Source of the DNA: Rhizaria sp. SCN 62-66 | Taxonomy: Eukaryota | DNA length: 34,566 nt | Reading direction: 5' to 3' | Assembly (NCBI GenBank): GCA_001724265.1 | Contig: MEDY01000660.1 | Span: 186,001-220,566 of the forward strand | Shown here: in pieces, positions 33,058 through 34,566 of the stretch | Layout of the letters: each line of letters begins with the position of its first letter | How positions within the stretch are numbered: the first letter of the stretch is position 1 | Notes under the pieces: generated by a model | Database searches by the model: none | Seen by the model: only the letters and a program-made list of their open reading frames with translations | Told to the model about the DNA's origin: nothing | Position numbers and translations under genes: made by a program

Positions 33058-34153
33058 TCATTTGTTGTCAGCGACCTTAAATCCACTGAAGACTGCAAAC
33101 ACCTCCGCCTTATTCAAGTCTGTACGGCACTTCCCAGCTTGACACAATGCCTCAAAGCGCTGCAAGTCAGCGGCATCAAAGGGCGCATCATTGGGGCTGG
33201 TTCAGTCATAATGATGGGCGGGCTTCCTTCCTGGCACAAAAGACATAATGCGACCGACAGGCACGGCGCCGCCCAGCAGAATCTTTGGACACGGCTTAAA
33301 GACAATGAACCATGGTGTGTCGCCTGAGTCTTGATTATCGACAGATTTTTTAGGAATCACACTGCAGGGATACGTCAACACCGTACCAACGGGGTACACT
33401 GTGTCAGTTTCAGCACCCACAGCAGCTGGATTTGTATATTCACCATACACGATATCACTGTTTGGGAGCGACAAAGTTCGCAACATCAGTGATCAGTTGG
33501 AGAACACGTGTCACCATGTCGAGAGTAAGCAGATGAGACATAAGAGCAGAAAACTTCTCGACTGCGCCGCAGGCAACTAGCAAATCGCTGCCGTCAGGAG
33601 TCTTCAGCACTTTTTGAAGCACCTTAATAAAGCTGTTGAACAAAGTCTCGACAGTCTTTGCGTCTTCGTCAGAAGTGTGGGCGATGGTGAACGACTGCAC
33701 TAATGTCGTCACAGCCCCACTCTCGCGAAGTACACCCGGGCAAAGAGGTACAGATAAAGTACTATCGAGCTCAAGCAAAACGGATTCATTTCTCGGCAAA
33801 GAAGCGAGACGACTTACCGCGATATATAGGCGATCTTCGTTGGTCTCGACCTTGGTTTGGGGTGTACTCTCCTCTGTCTCACTGGGCTGTTCCGGACTAA
33901 AAGCAGGAGGATTGTTGTCGACAAGAGACGTCATGCCTGCGGAATCTTAGCCGTAAAAGACAATGATCTTCGCACGGTAAAGCTGGTTCAGAGCTGGAGA
34001 GATTATGGGAGCCGTCGACTGCGCATGGCCGCGCCGAATGGCCGTCAGAGGCATTTTTACTGATGTATTGGACGCGCGAATCACAGCCGCAAGGCTCCGC
34101 AGCGAGCGAAGCATTTGGGCTAACTCTGAAGCGGCAAACCATACACAACGCAA
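33058..34153 (-). pseudogene. Degraded reading frame of unknown family
   Basis: ORFs 34153-33947 and 33934-33455 are in the same frame, separated by one TAA plus 4 codons. ORF 33486-33202 overlaps in a shifted frame and continues past a TGA for 47 further codons to 33058. No recognisable motif; codon usage is unlike the dynein/YEATS exons. Confidence 0.4.
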
Positions 34154-34566
34154 AAGGAGGGCGAATAAGAGTGCGGGGTAAGTATAGAACCGTGGGGATG
34201 AGGGAAAGTGCGCGTCAATAATGCAAGCAAGAAAGATAAGTCTATCTGTCTCAGCATGGACTCACGCGCTTGCAACATGAAACTCCAATATATATAGGTA
34301 TTTTTTTTGTACAAGTGGAAGCCACACACGATTTGTTAGCGCTCAAACAAACCTTCTAAGTCCTAGCTCAGTGTCGCGCAGCCAGAGCGCAGTCACCACG
34401 GGCACCAGGTTACTCGTGCTCACAGTCACTTGGTCCCGGAATTACAAAAATCACCACAATCATGTTGTTACGTACCCCTGATGTAGAGGTTTATGAAAAA
34501 CGCAAAAACGCGCCTGGAAGGGGCGGTTTTAAATATCCATACAACTTTGCCAAACATCCGTTAAAT

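Noticed and set aside
1-34566. CRISPR arrays, tRNA/rRNA genes, prokaryotic operons or defence systems
   Set aside because: No spaced direct repeats or RNA-gene signatures seen. The window is intron-containing eukaryotic DNA, and the Cas4-like Fe-S nuclease motifs belong to DNA2.

Overview
Eukaryotic (probably protist) genomic DNA with very GC-rich coding exons and short AT-rich spliceosomal introns. I cannot identify the organism. Contents, in order: (1) the 3' ~4,340 codons of a cytoplasmic dynein-1 heavy chain on the + strand (<1..15704; 18 exons and 17 introns resolved by hand). (2) A two-exon YEATS-domain gene of the Yaf9/GAS41 type on the - strand (16658..17457). (3) Head-to-head with it, a greatly expanded DNA2 nuclease/helicase on the + strand (18135..32205, probably to 32609), ~4,650+ aa. 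Its conserved motifs lie in GC-rich blocks separated by stop-free low-complexity inserts. (4) A CAG tract with one TAG and an assembly gap near the DNA2 3' end. (5) A broken - strand reading frame of unknown origin (~33058..34153). The most unusual signals are the roughly 3-4x inflated but apparently intact DNA2, the TAG inside the polyQ tract upstream of what looks like the true DNA2 C-terminus, and a very stereotyped intron grammar. That grammar is CAG|GTACG ... CTCAC ~50 nt ... YAG|G in phase 0, with Gln apparently replacing conserved dynein residues at exon ends. No prokaryotic-type system, CRISPR array or RNA gene was seen.
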